42,190 bases of DNA from a bacterium (lineage in GTDB: Bacteria > Eisenbacteria > RBG-16-71-46): positions 1-42,190 of the forward strand of contig JAYWEM010000072.1 in NCBI GenBank assembly GCA_043779265.1, written 5' to 3'. Positions 7,303-14,975 of this stretch are shown here, one piece after another. Position 1 is the stretch's first letter, and each line of letters begins with the position of its first letter. The position numbers and the translations under genes were made by a program. The notes under the pieces were generated by a model that did not search any database, was not told the origin of the DNA, and saw nothing but the letters and a program-made list of their open reading frames with translations.

Positions 7303-8901
7303 ATGCACCGCACCCGCCTCATCGCAGTCCTGCTGCTCGCCTCGGCCTCGGCCGCGCATGCGGGTGGCGCCGGCGCCGGGACCACGGCCGCCAACTTCCT
7401 CTCGGTCGGCCAGGGTGCCTCGTCGCTCTCGATGGGCGGCGCGGCGATCGCGTCGCCCGGTGGCCTCGATGCGGCGGGCTGGAATCCTGCGGCGCTCGGA
7501 CGACTCGGCTCCACGCAGATCACGCTCTCGCATGCCTCGCTCGCGACCGGCACGTCGCAGGAGTGGGCCTCGGCCGGCGGCCGCATGGGCCAGGGTTCGA
7601 CCCGCTGGGCGATCAGCGCGCTCTATCAGAGCGATGGTGACTTCGAGGGGCGCGACGCCCTGAATCTGCCGACCGGTACCTTCCAGATCTCGGACATGGC
7701 ATTGGGCCTGCACGTCGCGCGTCCGCTCGGTGATCGGGTGAACGCAGGCGTCGGCCTCAAGTGGGTGCGTGAGTCGCTCGGGCCCACGAGTGGAAGTGGC
7801 ATCGCGTTCGATGCTGGGATCCAGTCGCACGCCGGGCCCTTCGGCTTCGGTCTCGCGGCTCGCAATGTCGGCGGGTCGATGTCGTTCGACGGCACCTCCT
7901 ACGACATGCCCTCGGTGTTCGGCGCCGGCGTCTCGTGGGCGCACCCCGCCAACGGACTACGCCTGGCGCTCGATGCGAACGCACCGTCCGCCTACTACAA
8001 CGATGTCCGCGCCGGAGCGGAGTGGCGCTGGCGCGATCGCGTCGCGCTCCGCAGTGGCTACCGCGCGAATCTCGGAGCGCCGGAGGGCGAGCCCCTCGGC
8101 GGCGCGAGCTTCGGCATGGGCCTCGGTGCGAATGGCTTCTGGTTCGACTACGCATTCCTCGCCGGCGATGCCGATGCGCAGGGGCGGCATCGCTTCGGCA
8201 TGACGTTCCGCCCGAGTGCGCTGGCCTCACTCGGCGGTCGTGGCGTGCTCGGTGCGAACGAGAGCGCTCCCGCACCGGCGAAGTCCGAGCCCGTGAAGTC
8301 CGAGCCGGTGAAGGCGCTCGCCGCATCGCCCGCACCCGCGGCGGCCATGGCCCCGCCGATCACGCTGGATGCGGCTGCGATGACGCGCGGTGTCAGCCAG
8401 GCTTCGACGACTCCCATCGCGCACCGCGCCGGGCCGCCTCAGCCTGTGATGCTCGAAGTGAGTCGCGGTGTGAAGGTGCCCAAGGTGATCCACTCGAAGC
8501 TCGACCCGATCGCTTCGGTCACGAATACTCCCGTCGCCAGGCCCGTCGTGGCGCCTCCGGTCGCTCAGGCCCCTGCAGCGCCGAAGGCTGCCGAACCGCT
8601 CGCAAGTGCTCCGGCGCCTCGCGTCGAGGCAGCGCCGCGGGCCGCCCTTGCGAGCGAGCCGCAGGTCGATGCGCAGACGGTCTCGACCCGAGTGCCGGCA
8701 GTGACCGTGGTGCCGCGAGCCAAGAGCACGCCGCCCGGACCGCGCCCGCGGTCGGTGGAGGCGCAGGGGGAGGAGACGCTCGCCGACCTCGCGAAGCGCT
8801 GGGACACGTCGGTGCCGCGCCTGATGATGGAGAACAATCTCGTCACCGAACGGATCAAGCCGGGCCAGCGCATCAAGCTGCCGCCGGCGGGAAGTCGCTG
8901 A
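7303..8901 (+). CDS. PorV/PorQ-family beta-barrel fused via a Pro/Ala-rich linker to a C-terminal LysM domain
   Basis: Signal peptide ending AHA; GTTAANFLSVGQGASSLSMGGA...WNPAAL; FDYAF and HRFGMTFR terminal strands; long Pro/Ala linker; ETLADLAKRWDTSVPRLMMENNLVTERIKPGQRIKLP (LysM). Confidence 0.83.
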   Translation: MHRTRLIAVLLLASASAAHAGGAGAGTTAANFLSVGQGASSLSMGGAAIASPGGLDAAGWNPAALGRLGSTQITLSHASLATGTSQEWASAGGRMGQGSTRWAISALYQSDGDFEGRDALNLPTGTFQISDMALGLHVARPLGDRVNAGVGLKWVRESLGPTSGSGIAFDAGIQSHAGPFGFGLAARNVGGSMSFDGTSYDMPSVFGAGVSWAHPANGLRLALDANAPSAYYNDVRAGAEWRWRDRVALRSGYRANLGAPEGEPLGGASFGMGLGANGFWFDYAFLAGDADAQGRHRFGMTFRPSALASLGGRGVLGANESAPAPAKSEPVKSEPVKALAASPAPAAAMAPPITLDAAAMTRGVSQASTTPIAHRAGPPQPVMLEVSRGVKVPKVIHSKLDPIASVTNTPVARPVVAPPVAQAPAAPKAAEPLASAPAPRVEAAPRAALASEPQVDAQTVSTRVPAVTVVPRAKSTPPGPRPRSVEAQGEETLADLAKRWDTSVPRLMMENNLVTERIKPGQRIKLPPAGSR

Positions 8902-8929
8902 TCGCGGATCGCCGCCGCGGGCGATTCGC

Positions 8930-9082
8930 TCAACCTCGAGTGAGGCTGTGCCCGAGCCACGCGGCGGCGATGCCGAGCACCACCGAACCCGCGGCGTAGG
9001 CGAGCACGAATGATCCCGCTACGTTGATCCGCAGGGTGCTGCCGAGTGCGCCGCCCGCCGCTACCAGCAGCAGCGTCCTCAC
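8930..9082 (-). pseudogene. crcB: Internally deleted crcB/Fluc fluoride-channel remnant (50-aa open frame)
   Basis: GTG overlapping the E1alpha stop; MRTLLLVAAGGALGSTLR / INVAGSFVLA / YAAGSVVLGIAAAWLG match Fluc TM1, start of TM2 and TM4; the GxxGxxTTFS TM3 is absent. Confidence 0.7.
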
Positions 9083-10185
9083 AGTGGGAAGGCGCCCTCG
9101 AAGTGGGTGCCCTTGCCGAGGGCCTTGGCGTACTTCATCTGCTCCTCGAGCGCGGCCGGCATGGTCGCGTACACATCGGTGAAGAGGGTCTCGATCTCCG
9201 GGGGCGGCAGCGCCTCGGCTTCGGTGATGGCGGCGGAGATCGCATCGTTGATCTCGGTCGTCCACTGCTCGAGGTCCGCATCCGTGAGCAGGCCCTCGCT
9301 GCGGAGCCAGGCCTCGAAGCGCCGCACGGGATCGCGGTCCTCCCAGTACTTCACCTGCTCGGCATCGCGATAGCGCGTGGGATCGTCACTCGAGCTGTGG
9401 CCGGCCATGCGATAGGTGAGCGACTCGATGAACGTCGGTCCCTCGCCGGCGCGGGCGCGCTCGACCGCGTCACGCGTCACCTGGATGACCGCGAGCAGGT
9501 CATTGCCGTCCACGCGCACGCCACGCATGCCGTAGGCCACTGCCTTGATGGCGATGCTGCTGGAGGCCGTCTGGGCTGAGAGCGGCACGGAGATCGCCCA
9601 CTGGTTGTTCTGGCAGAAGAACACCGCCGGCACCTTCCAGACCTGCGCGAAGTTGAGTGCGGCGTGGAAGTCCGAGCTCGACGTGCCGCCATCTCCGATG
9701 TAGCCCATGCAGACCGTGTCGTGCTTCAGGAGCTTGGCCGCGTAGGCGGCGCCCATCGCGTGAGTCAACTGGGTGCCGATCACGCTCGACCACGCGACCG
9801 AGTTCACGCGCCGATCGCTGAAGTGCATGGGCATCTGGCGGCCGATCAGGACATCGCCCGAATTGCCCATCAACTGGCAGATGAATTCCTTGAGCGTGGT
9901 GCCTCGCCACAGACAGACACCCGTCTCGCGAAGTGCGTGGAAGACCCAGTCGGTCGGGCGCAGCGGATAGGCCGATCCCGTGACGGTGGCTTCCTGGCCG
10001 GTGGCCATACCGTAGAAGCCGATGCGCCCCTGCCGCTGGAGCGAGAGCATGCGCTGGTCGAGCAACCGCATCGACACCATGTGCCGGTGCAGCGCGCGCA
10101 GGTCCTCCTTCGGGATCCCGGGGATGGCCGCGACGGCGACGCCCGAGGGGTCGATCACCTGGTGCAGCGTCTCGTCGACGTTCAT
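9079..10185 (-). CDS. bkdA1: 2-oxoacid dehydrogenase E1 alpha (branched-chain type likely)
   Basis: LQRQGRIGFY, GRQMPMHF, ThDP motif GDGGTS...NN, YRMAGHSSSDDP. Confidence 0.9.
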   Translation of the reverse strand: MNVDETLHQVIDPSGVAVAAIPGIPKEDLRALHRHMVSMRLLDQRMLSLQRQGRIGFYGMATGQEATVTGSAYPLRPTDWVFHALRETGVCLWRGTTLKEFICQLMGNSGDVLIGRQMPMHFSDRRVNSVAWSSVIGTQLTHAMGAAYAAKLLKHDTVCMGYIGDGGTSSSDFHAALNFAQVWKVPAVFFCQNNQWAISVPLSAQTASSSIAIKAVAYGMRGVRVDGNDLLAVIQVTRDAVERARAGEGPTFIESLTYRMAGHSSSDDPTRYRDAEQVKYWEDRDPVRRFEAWLRSEGLLTDADLEQWTTEINDAISAAITEAEALPPPEIETLFTDVYATMPAALEEQMKYAKALGKGTHFEGAFPL

Positions 10186-11393
10186 GCGAGGTCCCCTTCG
10201 GCGATCCAGTCGGCCGGCTGCTGCAGCCGCTCGATCAGGGTGTAGAGGAAGTCGGCACCCACCTGGCCGTCGACCACGCGATGGTCGAGCGAAAGCGAGA
10301 GGTTGCCCATGTCGCGCGCGACGATGCTGCCGTCGACGACCGCGGGCCGCTGCGTGATGGCGTGCACACCGAGGATCGCCACCTGGGGGTGGTGCAGGAT
10401 CGGAGTCGCCAGCAGGCCCCCACGAGTGCCGGTCGAAGTCACCGTGAACGTGCCGCCCTGCAACTCGTCGAGCTTGAGATGATGATCGCGAGCCGCAGTC
10501 GCGAGCCGCTCGATCTCTCGCGCCAGGGCGAAGAGGCCCTTCTGGTCGGCGTCGTGGACGATGGGGACCGTGAGCCCATCGACGGTGTTGGTCGCGATCC
10601 CGAGGTGATACGAGCCCTTGAGCACGACTTCGCTCGCGGCGTCATCGAGCGAGGCGTTGAGCAGGGGGAACTCGCGCAGCACGCCCGGGAGCGCTCGGAA
10701 CAGATACGCGAGGTAGGTGAGTTTGACGCCTGCTGCCTCGGCCTTCGGCTTGAGCGCGCGGCGATGCTCGACGAGTCCCGTGAAGTCGCACTCGGCCACG
10801 AACGTGAACTGCGCCGCGGTCGAGAGCGAGCGCCGCATGTGATCGGCGATCTTGCGGCGCATGCCGCGAAGCGGCACGCGCGTCTCGGGGCCGCGTGAGG
10901 ACATTGTCGGGGCCGTTGCGGAGGCAGGGCCGCCCCCGGCCCGGACATCCTCGGCGGTGATGCGCCCGTTGGGCCCGGTGCCCTTCACGGACTCGAGCGA
11001 GACGCCGAGTTCCTTGGCGAGGGCTCGCACGGCGGGCGTCGCTTCGATCCGCGCGGGAGCCGCGGTTGCCGGCGCCGAAGCAGCCGCGCTCGGTGCGGCG
11101 GCCGCGGCCGGAGCCGCATGCGCATGCGACACATTGCTCCCCGAGGCCGCGTCGTCCGCGACCTCGATGGTCACGATGAGCGTGCCGACCGGGACCGTGG
11201 CGCCCTCCTCGGCGTGCAGGCCGGAGATGATGCCCGTGCGTGGCGACGGGATCTCGACGCTCGCCTTGTCGGTCATCACCTCGACGAGCGGCTGATCCTC
11301 TTTCACCGCTTCGCCCTCTTGGACGAGCCAGCGGACGATCTCGCCCTCCGCCACGCCCTCGCCGATGTCCGGGAGTCTCACCTCGTACGCCAT
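10182..11393 (-). CDS. bkdB: Dihydrolipoamide acyltransferase E2
   Basis: Lipoyl domain EVMTDKASVEIPSP, E3-binding domain (ATPAVRALA...GTGPNGRIT), catalytic DHRVVDG. Confidence 0.92.
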   Translation of the reverse strand: MAYEVRLPDIGEGVAEGEIVRWLVQEGEAVKEDQPLVEVMTDKASVEIPSPRTGIISGLHAEEGATVPVGTLIVTIEVADDAASGSNVSHAHAAPAAAAAPSAAASAPATAAPARIEATPAVRALAKELGVSLESVKGTGPNGRITAEDVRAGGGPASATAPTMSSRGPETRVPLRGMRRKIADHMRRSLSTAAQFTFVAECDFTGLVEHRRALKPKAEAAGVKLTYLAYLFRALPGVLREFPLLNASLDDAASEVVLKGSYHLGIATNTVDGLTVPIVHDADQKGLFALAREIERLATAARDHHLKLDELQGGTFTVTSTGTRGGLLATPILHHPQVAILGVHAITQRPAVVDGSIVARDMGNLSLSLDHRVVDGQVGADFLYTLIERLQQPADWIAEGDLA

Positions 11394-11427
11394 GCGGGCC
11401 TCATCGAGAAGTTCGCGCGTTGCGCGG

Positions 11428-12393
11428 TCAGTAGCTCAACACGTGATCGAGCGCCGCCGAGACGCGCTTGGCGTCCGGGAGGTACGTGTGCTCGAGCGTG
11501 TAAGGGAATGGGGTGTCGTAGCCGGTCACGCGCAGCACCGGCGCCTGCAGGGACGTGAGCGCCTGCTCGGCGATGATCGCGGCGAGCTCGGCGCCGTAGC
11601 CGCAGGTGCGCGGTGCCTCGTGCAGGATCACGACGTGTCCCGTGCGGCGGACGCTGTCGAGCACGGTGGCGGTGTCGAGCGGCACGAGTGTGCGCAGGTC
11701 CACGACCTCGACCGAGCGACCACTCGCCTCGGCCGCCTCGATCGCGACGGGGACCATGGCGCCGTAGCACAGGATCGTGGCCTCGGTTCCCGCTCGCGCG
11801 ATGCGCGCCTTGCCGATCGGCGTCGTGAACGCGCCCTCGGCGACGTCCTCCTTGATGGTCCGATAGAGGCGCTTGGGCTCGAGGAAGATGACCGGGTCCT
11901 CTCCCGCGAGTGCCGCGAGCAGGAGTCCCTTGGCATCACTCGGTGTGGAGGGGATCACTACTTGCAGGCCTGCGGTGTGCGCGAAGTAGGCCTCGGGACT
12001 CTGGGAGTGGTAGAGGCCGCCTCGGATCCCTCCGCCATAGGGCGCTCTCACGATCACCGGACAGCTGTACTGGCCGGCCGAGCGCCAGCGGAACTTGGCG
12101 AGCTCGCTGACGATCTGATCGAACGCGGGATAGATGAAGTCGACGAACTGGATCTCGGCGACGGGCTTGAGCCCGTAGAGCGCCATGCCGATCGCTCCGC
12201 CGATGATGCCGTTCTCGGCCAAGGGCGTGTCGAGCACGCGTTCCGCGCCGAACTCCGCCTGTAGGCCATCGGTGACGCGGAACACGCCGCCGTTGAGGCC
12301 GATATCCTCGCCCAGGACCACCACACGCGGATCGTCCCGCAAACCCGTGCGGAGCGCGTCGGTGATGGCCTGGACCATGGTCATCTGGGGCAT
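11428..12393 (-). CDS. bkdA2: 2-oxoacid dehydrogenase E1 beta
   Basis: GEDIGLNGGVFRVT, DTPLAE, EIQFVDF, HSQSPEA; ATG 12393 with GGAGG RBS. Confidence 0.92.
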   Translation of the reverse strand: MPQMTMVQAITDALRTGLRDDPRVVVLGEDIGLNGGVFRVTDGLQAEFGAERVLDTPLAENGIIGGAIGMALYGLKPVAEIQFVDFIYPAFDQIVSELAKFRWRSAGQYSCPVIVRAPYGGGIRGGLYHSQSPEAYFAHTAGLQVVIPSTPSDAKGLLLAALAGEDPVIFLEPKRLYRTIKEDVAEGAFTTPIGKARIARAGTEATILCYGAMVPVAIEAAEASGRSVEVVDLRTLVPLDTATVLDSVRRTGHVVILHEAPRTCGYGAELAAIIAEQALTSLQAPVLRVTGYDTPFPYTLEHTYLPDAKRVSAALDHVLSY

Positions 12394-12521
12394 GGGGATC
12401 CTCCGGGGCCTTGAGCGACTGAGCAGGGTAGCCGAGGCCGCGGATCGGGGCCAGACGGCCGAACGAGGCCCGGTTCGGTGCAGCACACAGGGCTCGAGTC
12501 GGGGCGGGTGAATGCCGAACA

Positions 12522-12557
12522 TTAGTCTTGACTAACGATTACGTTAGACGTATCTAA
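12522..12557. promoter_or_regulatory. Tandem DtxR/MntR-family operator boxes overlapping a promoter
   Basis: TTAGTCTTGACTAA (12522-12535) and TTAGACGTATCTAA (12544-12557), both TTAG-N6-CTAA palindromes offset by 22 bp; TTGACT -35-like hexamer inside box 1; AT-rich island upstream of the mntR operon. Confidence 0.8.
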
Positions 12558-12602
12558 TACGACACCTGATTCCGATGGTCACGACTTCGAACCGGAGAAC
12601 TC

Positions 12603-13376
12603 ATGGACCGTCGCCTCGCCGCCCTGGTGCTCCCGCTCACCCTGACGGCCGTTCTGTCGAGCGCTTCGACCGCGCGGGACATGTCGACCGATCGCCCCGA
12701 TGCCACCGAGAGTCCGATCCCGGTCGATCCGGGCCGGTGGCAGCTCGAGCTGGATGCGCTCGCATGGACCGACTTCGCGAGTGGAGCTCGAACCCTGCAG
12801 GCGGCGGTGATCAATCTGAAGCGCGGACTGGCGCCGCAGACCGATGTCCAATTCCTCCTGACGCCGTTGACGTTCGATCGCGCGCCCGATGTCCTCGGCG
12901 GCGAGAGTGACGTCGCTCCGGCCTCGCTGGGGATCCGGCTCAAGCACAATCTGTGGGGTGCCGACGGCGGCAGAACCGCACTCGCGCTGCTTCCCTTCGC
13001 GACGATCCAGGTGGGCGGCGAGGGCGCTGGGGATGCCTGGGTCGCGGGCCTCGCGGTGCCGGTGGCGGCGGATCTCGGATCGGGTTTCGGCGGTGGCGCG
13101 ATGATCCAGGCAGCGAGCGTGCACGATGGCGAGGGCAGGACCTCGATCTGGACGACCACGGCGACGGTGGGGCACGCCGTCTCGGGACCGCTCTCGGCCT
13201 ACGTCGAGTTCATCGCCTCGACGTCCTCGCGCGCCTTCGACCTCGTCTCCACGACCGCCAGCTTCGGCGTGACCGTGCGGCCGTCGGACGATCTCCAGCT
13301 CGATGCCGGGGTTCGCACCGGGTTGGTGCGTGATGAATCGACTGTCGTGTTCCTCGGGCTGTCGGCACGTCGATGA
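12603..13376 (+). CDS. Outer-membrane beta-barrel 'transporter' (Phenol_MetA_deg/SphA-like)
   Basis: Signal peptide; TDRPDATESPIPVDPGRWQLE motif; amphipathic strands; terminal LQLDAG...FLGLSAR. Confidence 0.75.
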   Translation: MDRRLAALVLPLTLTAVLSSASTARDMSTDRPDATESPIPVDPGRWQLELDALAWTDFASGARTLQAAVINLKRGLAPQTDVQFLLTPLTFDRAPDVLGGESDVAPASLGIRLKHNLWGADGGRTALALLPFATIQVGGEGAGDAWVAGLAVPVAADLGSGFGGGAMIQAASVHDGEGRTSIWTTTATVGHAVSGPLSAYVEFIASTSSRAFDLVSTTASFGVTVRPSDDLQLDAGVRTGLVRDESTVVFLGLSARR

Positions 13377-14056
13377 GACCCGCGCTCACGATCTCGCGCC
13401 AGGACTACCTCAAGGCGCTGCTCGGCCTGGGCGGGCAGACGCGCGTCGTGGGCACCTCCGAACTGGCGAACAGGCTCGGCGTCGCGCCGCCCTCCGTGAC
13501 TCACATGTTGCGGCGCCTGGCGCAGGATCGATTGGTGACGCTCGCCCCCGGTGCGGGAGCGAAGCTGTCGGCCTCCGGGGCCCGGGAGGCGCTGCTCGTC
13601 GTGCGGCGACACCGACTGCTCGAGACGTTCCTCGTCGGGCATCTCGGTCTCGATTGGAGCGAGGCGCATGAGGAGGCCGAGGTGCTGGAGCACGCGGTGA
13701 GCGATCGTGTCCTCGACGCCCTCGACCGATTGATGGATCACCCGAGCGAGGACCCGCACGGGCATCCGATCCCGGACGCCACCGGGAAACTCGAGCACCG
13801 CGCGCTGACGCCGGCCATCACGCTCGACGTCGGGGAGTCCGCCGTCGTGCGCGAGATCCGAGACCACGACGCTCGCCGCATGGCGAGGTGGCAGGCCGCA
13901 GGTCTGGTTCCCGGCGCCGCCGTGCGCATGTGCGCCGTGGACCGTGAGGACGATGTCTTCGAACTCGAAGTGGCGGGCCGCGCGCTCATCAGCGGCAGCG
14001 AGGGACTCGAGGGAGTCCTGGTTCAGCGAAGAGGCGGTGCACGTGCGAAGGCTTGA
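13373..14056 (+). CDS. mntR: DtxR/MntR/TroR-family metal-dependent repressor with FeoA domain
   Basis: QDYLKAL, HTH (ELANRLGVAPPSVTHMLRRL), RRHRLLETFL, HEEAEVLEH, DPHGHPIP, C-terminal FeoA/SH3. Confidence 0.92.
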   Translation: MRPALTISRQDYLKALLGLGGQTRVVGTSELANRLGVAPPSVTHMLRRLAQDRLVTLAPGAGAKLSASGAREALLVVRRHRLLETFLVGHLGLDWSEAHEEAEVLEHAVSDRVLDALDRLMDHPSEDPHGHPIPDATGKLEHRALTPAITLDVGESAVVREIRDHDARRMARWQAAGLVPGAAVRMCAVDREDDVFELEVAGRALISGSEGLEGVLVQRRGGARAKA

Positions 14057-14975
14057 TCCGAAGTGGGGCGCGCTGCTCATGATGGCGCTGGTGACGGGAT
14101 GCGCAGGCAGTGAGAAGTCGCCGGAACGGGCGGAGGGCGGGCCGCTGCGCGTGCTCGCGACGACGGGCATGGTGGCCGACGCAGCGCGTGTGATCGGCGG
14201 GGATGCCGTCGAAGTCACCGCGCTCATGGGCCCGGGCGTCGACCCGCACCTCTACAAGGCGAGTGAGAGCGATGTGAGGGCACTCTCGGGTGCGGACCTC
14301 GTGCTCTACAACGGTCTCCATCTCGAGGGGAAGATGGCGGAGCTGTTCACCCGACTCGCCGCGAAACGTCACGTGGTCGCACTCGCCGATGGCGTTCCCG
14401 ACTCGCTCCTGCTCCACCCCAAGGCGTTCGAGGGCCAGCCCGACCCGCATCTCTGGTTCGACGTGGCGCTGTGGTCGAGGGCCGTTGCGCAGGCGCGCGA
14501 TGCGCTGGTCGAAGCTCACCCGGCACATCGCGAGGCGTTCCACGCAAGGGCTGCCGCCTACCTCGACACGTTGCGCGCGCTCGAGGCCTGGACTCGCGCC
14601 GAGCTCGCCCTCATCCCCGAGCAACAGCGCGTGCTCGTCACCGCGCACGACGCCTTCGGATACTTCGGACATGCTTATGGGGTCGAAGTCGTGGCCCTGC
14701 AGGGGATCAGCACTGTGAGCGAGTTCGGGCTCGCCGACGTCAGGCGACTCGTCGATCTCATCGTGAAGCGCCGCGTGAAGGCGGTGTTCGTCGAGTCGAG
14801 CGTCCCTCACCGAAGCATCGAAGCCGTGGTCGAGGGCTGCCGTGCGCGCGGCCATCAAGTCAGCATCGGCGGAACGCTCTACTCCGATGCACTCGGCGCC
14901 GACGGCACCCCCGAGGGCACGTACGTCGGCATGGTGCGCGCCAATGTCTCGATGATCGTGAGGTCACTGCGATGA
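14043..14975 (+). CDS. troA: Mn/Zn/Fe ABC transporter solute-binding lipoprotein
   Basis: Lipobox LVTGC; GVDPHLY, DPHLWFD, TAHDAFGYF, LYSDALG. Confidence 0.92.
   Translation: MRRLDPKWGALLMMALVTGCAGSEKSPERAEGGPLRVLATTGMVADAARVIGGDAVEVTALMGPGVDPHLYKASESDVRALSGADLVLYNGLHLEGKMAELFTRLAAKRHVVALADGVPDSLLLHPKAFEGQPDPHLWFDVALWSRAVAQARDALVEAHPAHREAFHARAAAYLDTLRALEAWTRAELALIPEQQRVLVTAHDAFGYFGHAYGVEVVALQGISTVSEFGLADVRRLVDLIVKRRVKAVFVESSVPHRSIEAVVEGCRARGHQVSIGGTLYSDALGADGTPEGTYVGMVRANVSMIVRSLR

Noticed and set aside
8281..8313. Direct repeat aagtccgagcc(c/g)gtg x2
   Set aside because: Only two 15-nt in-frame units (KSEPV) in a low-complexity linker; not a CRISPR array or mobile-element end.
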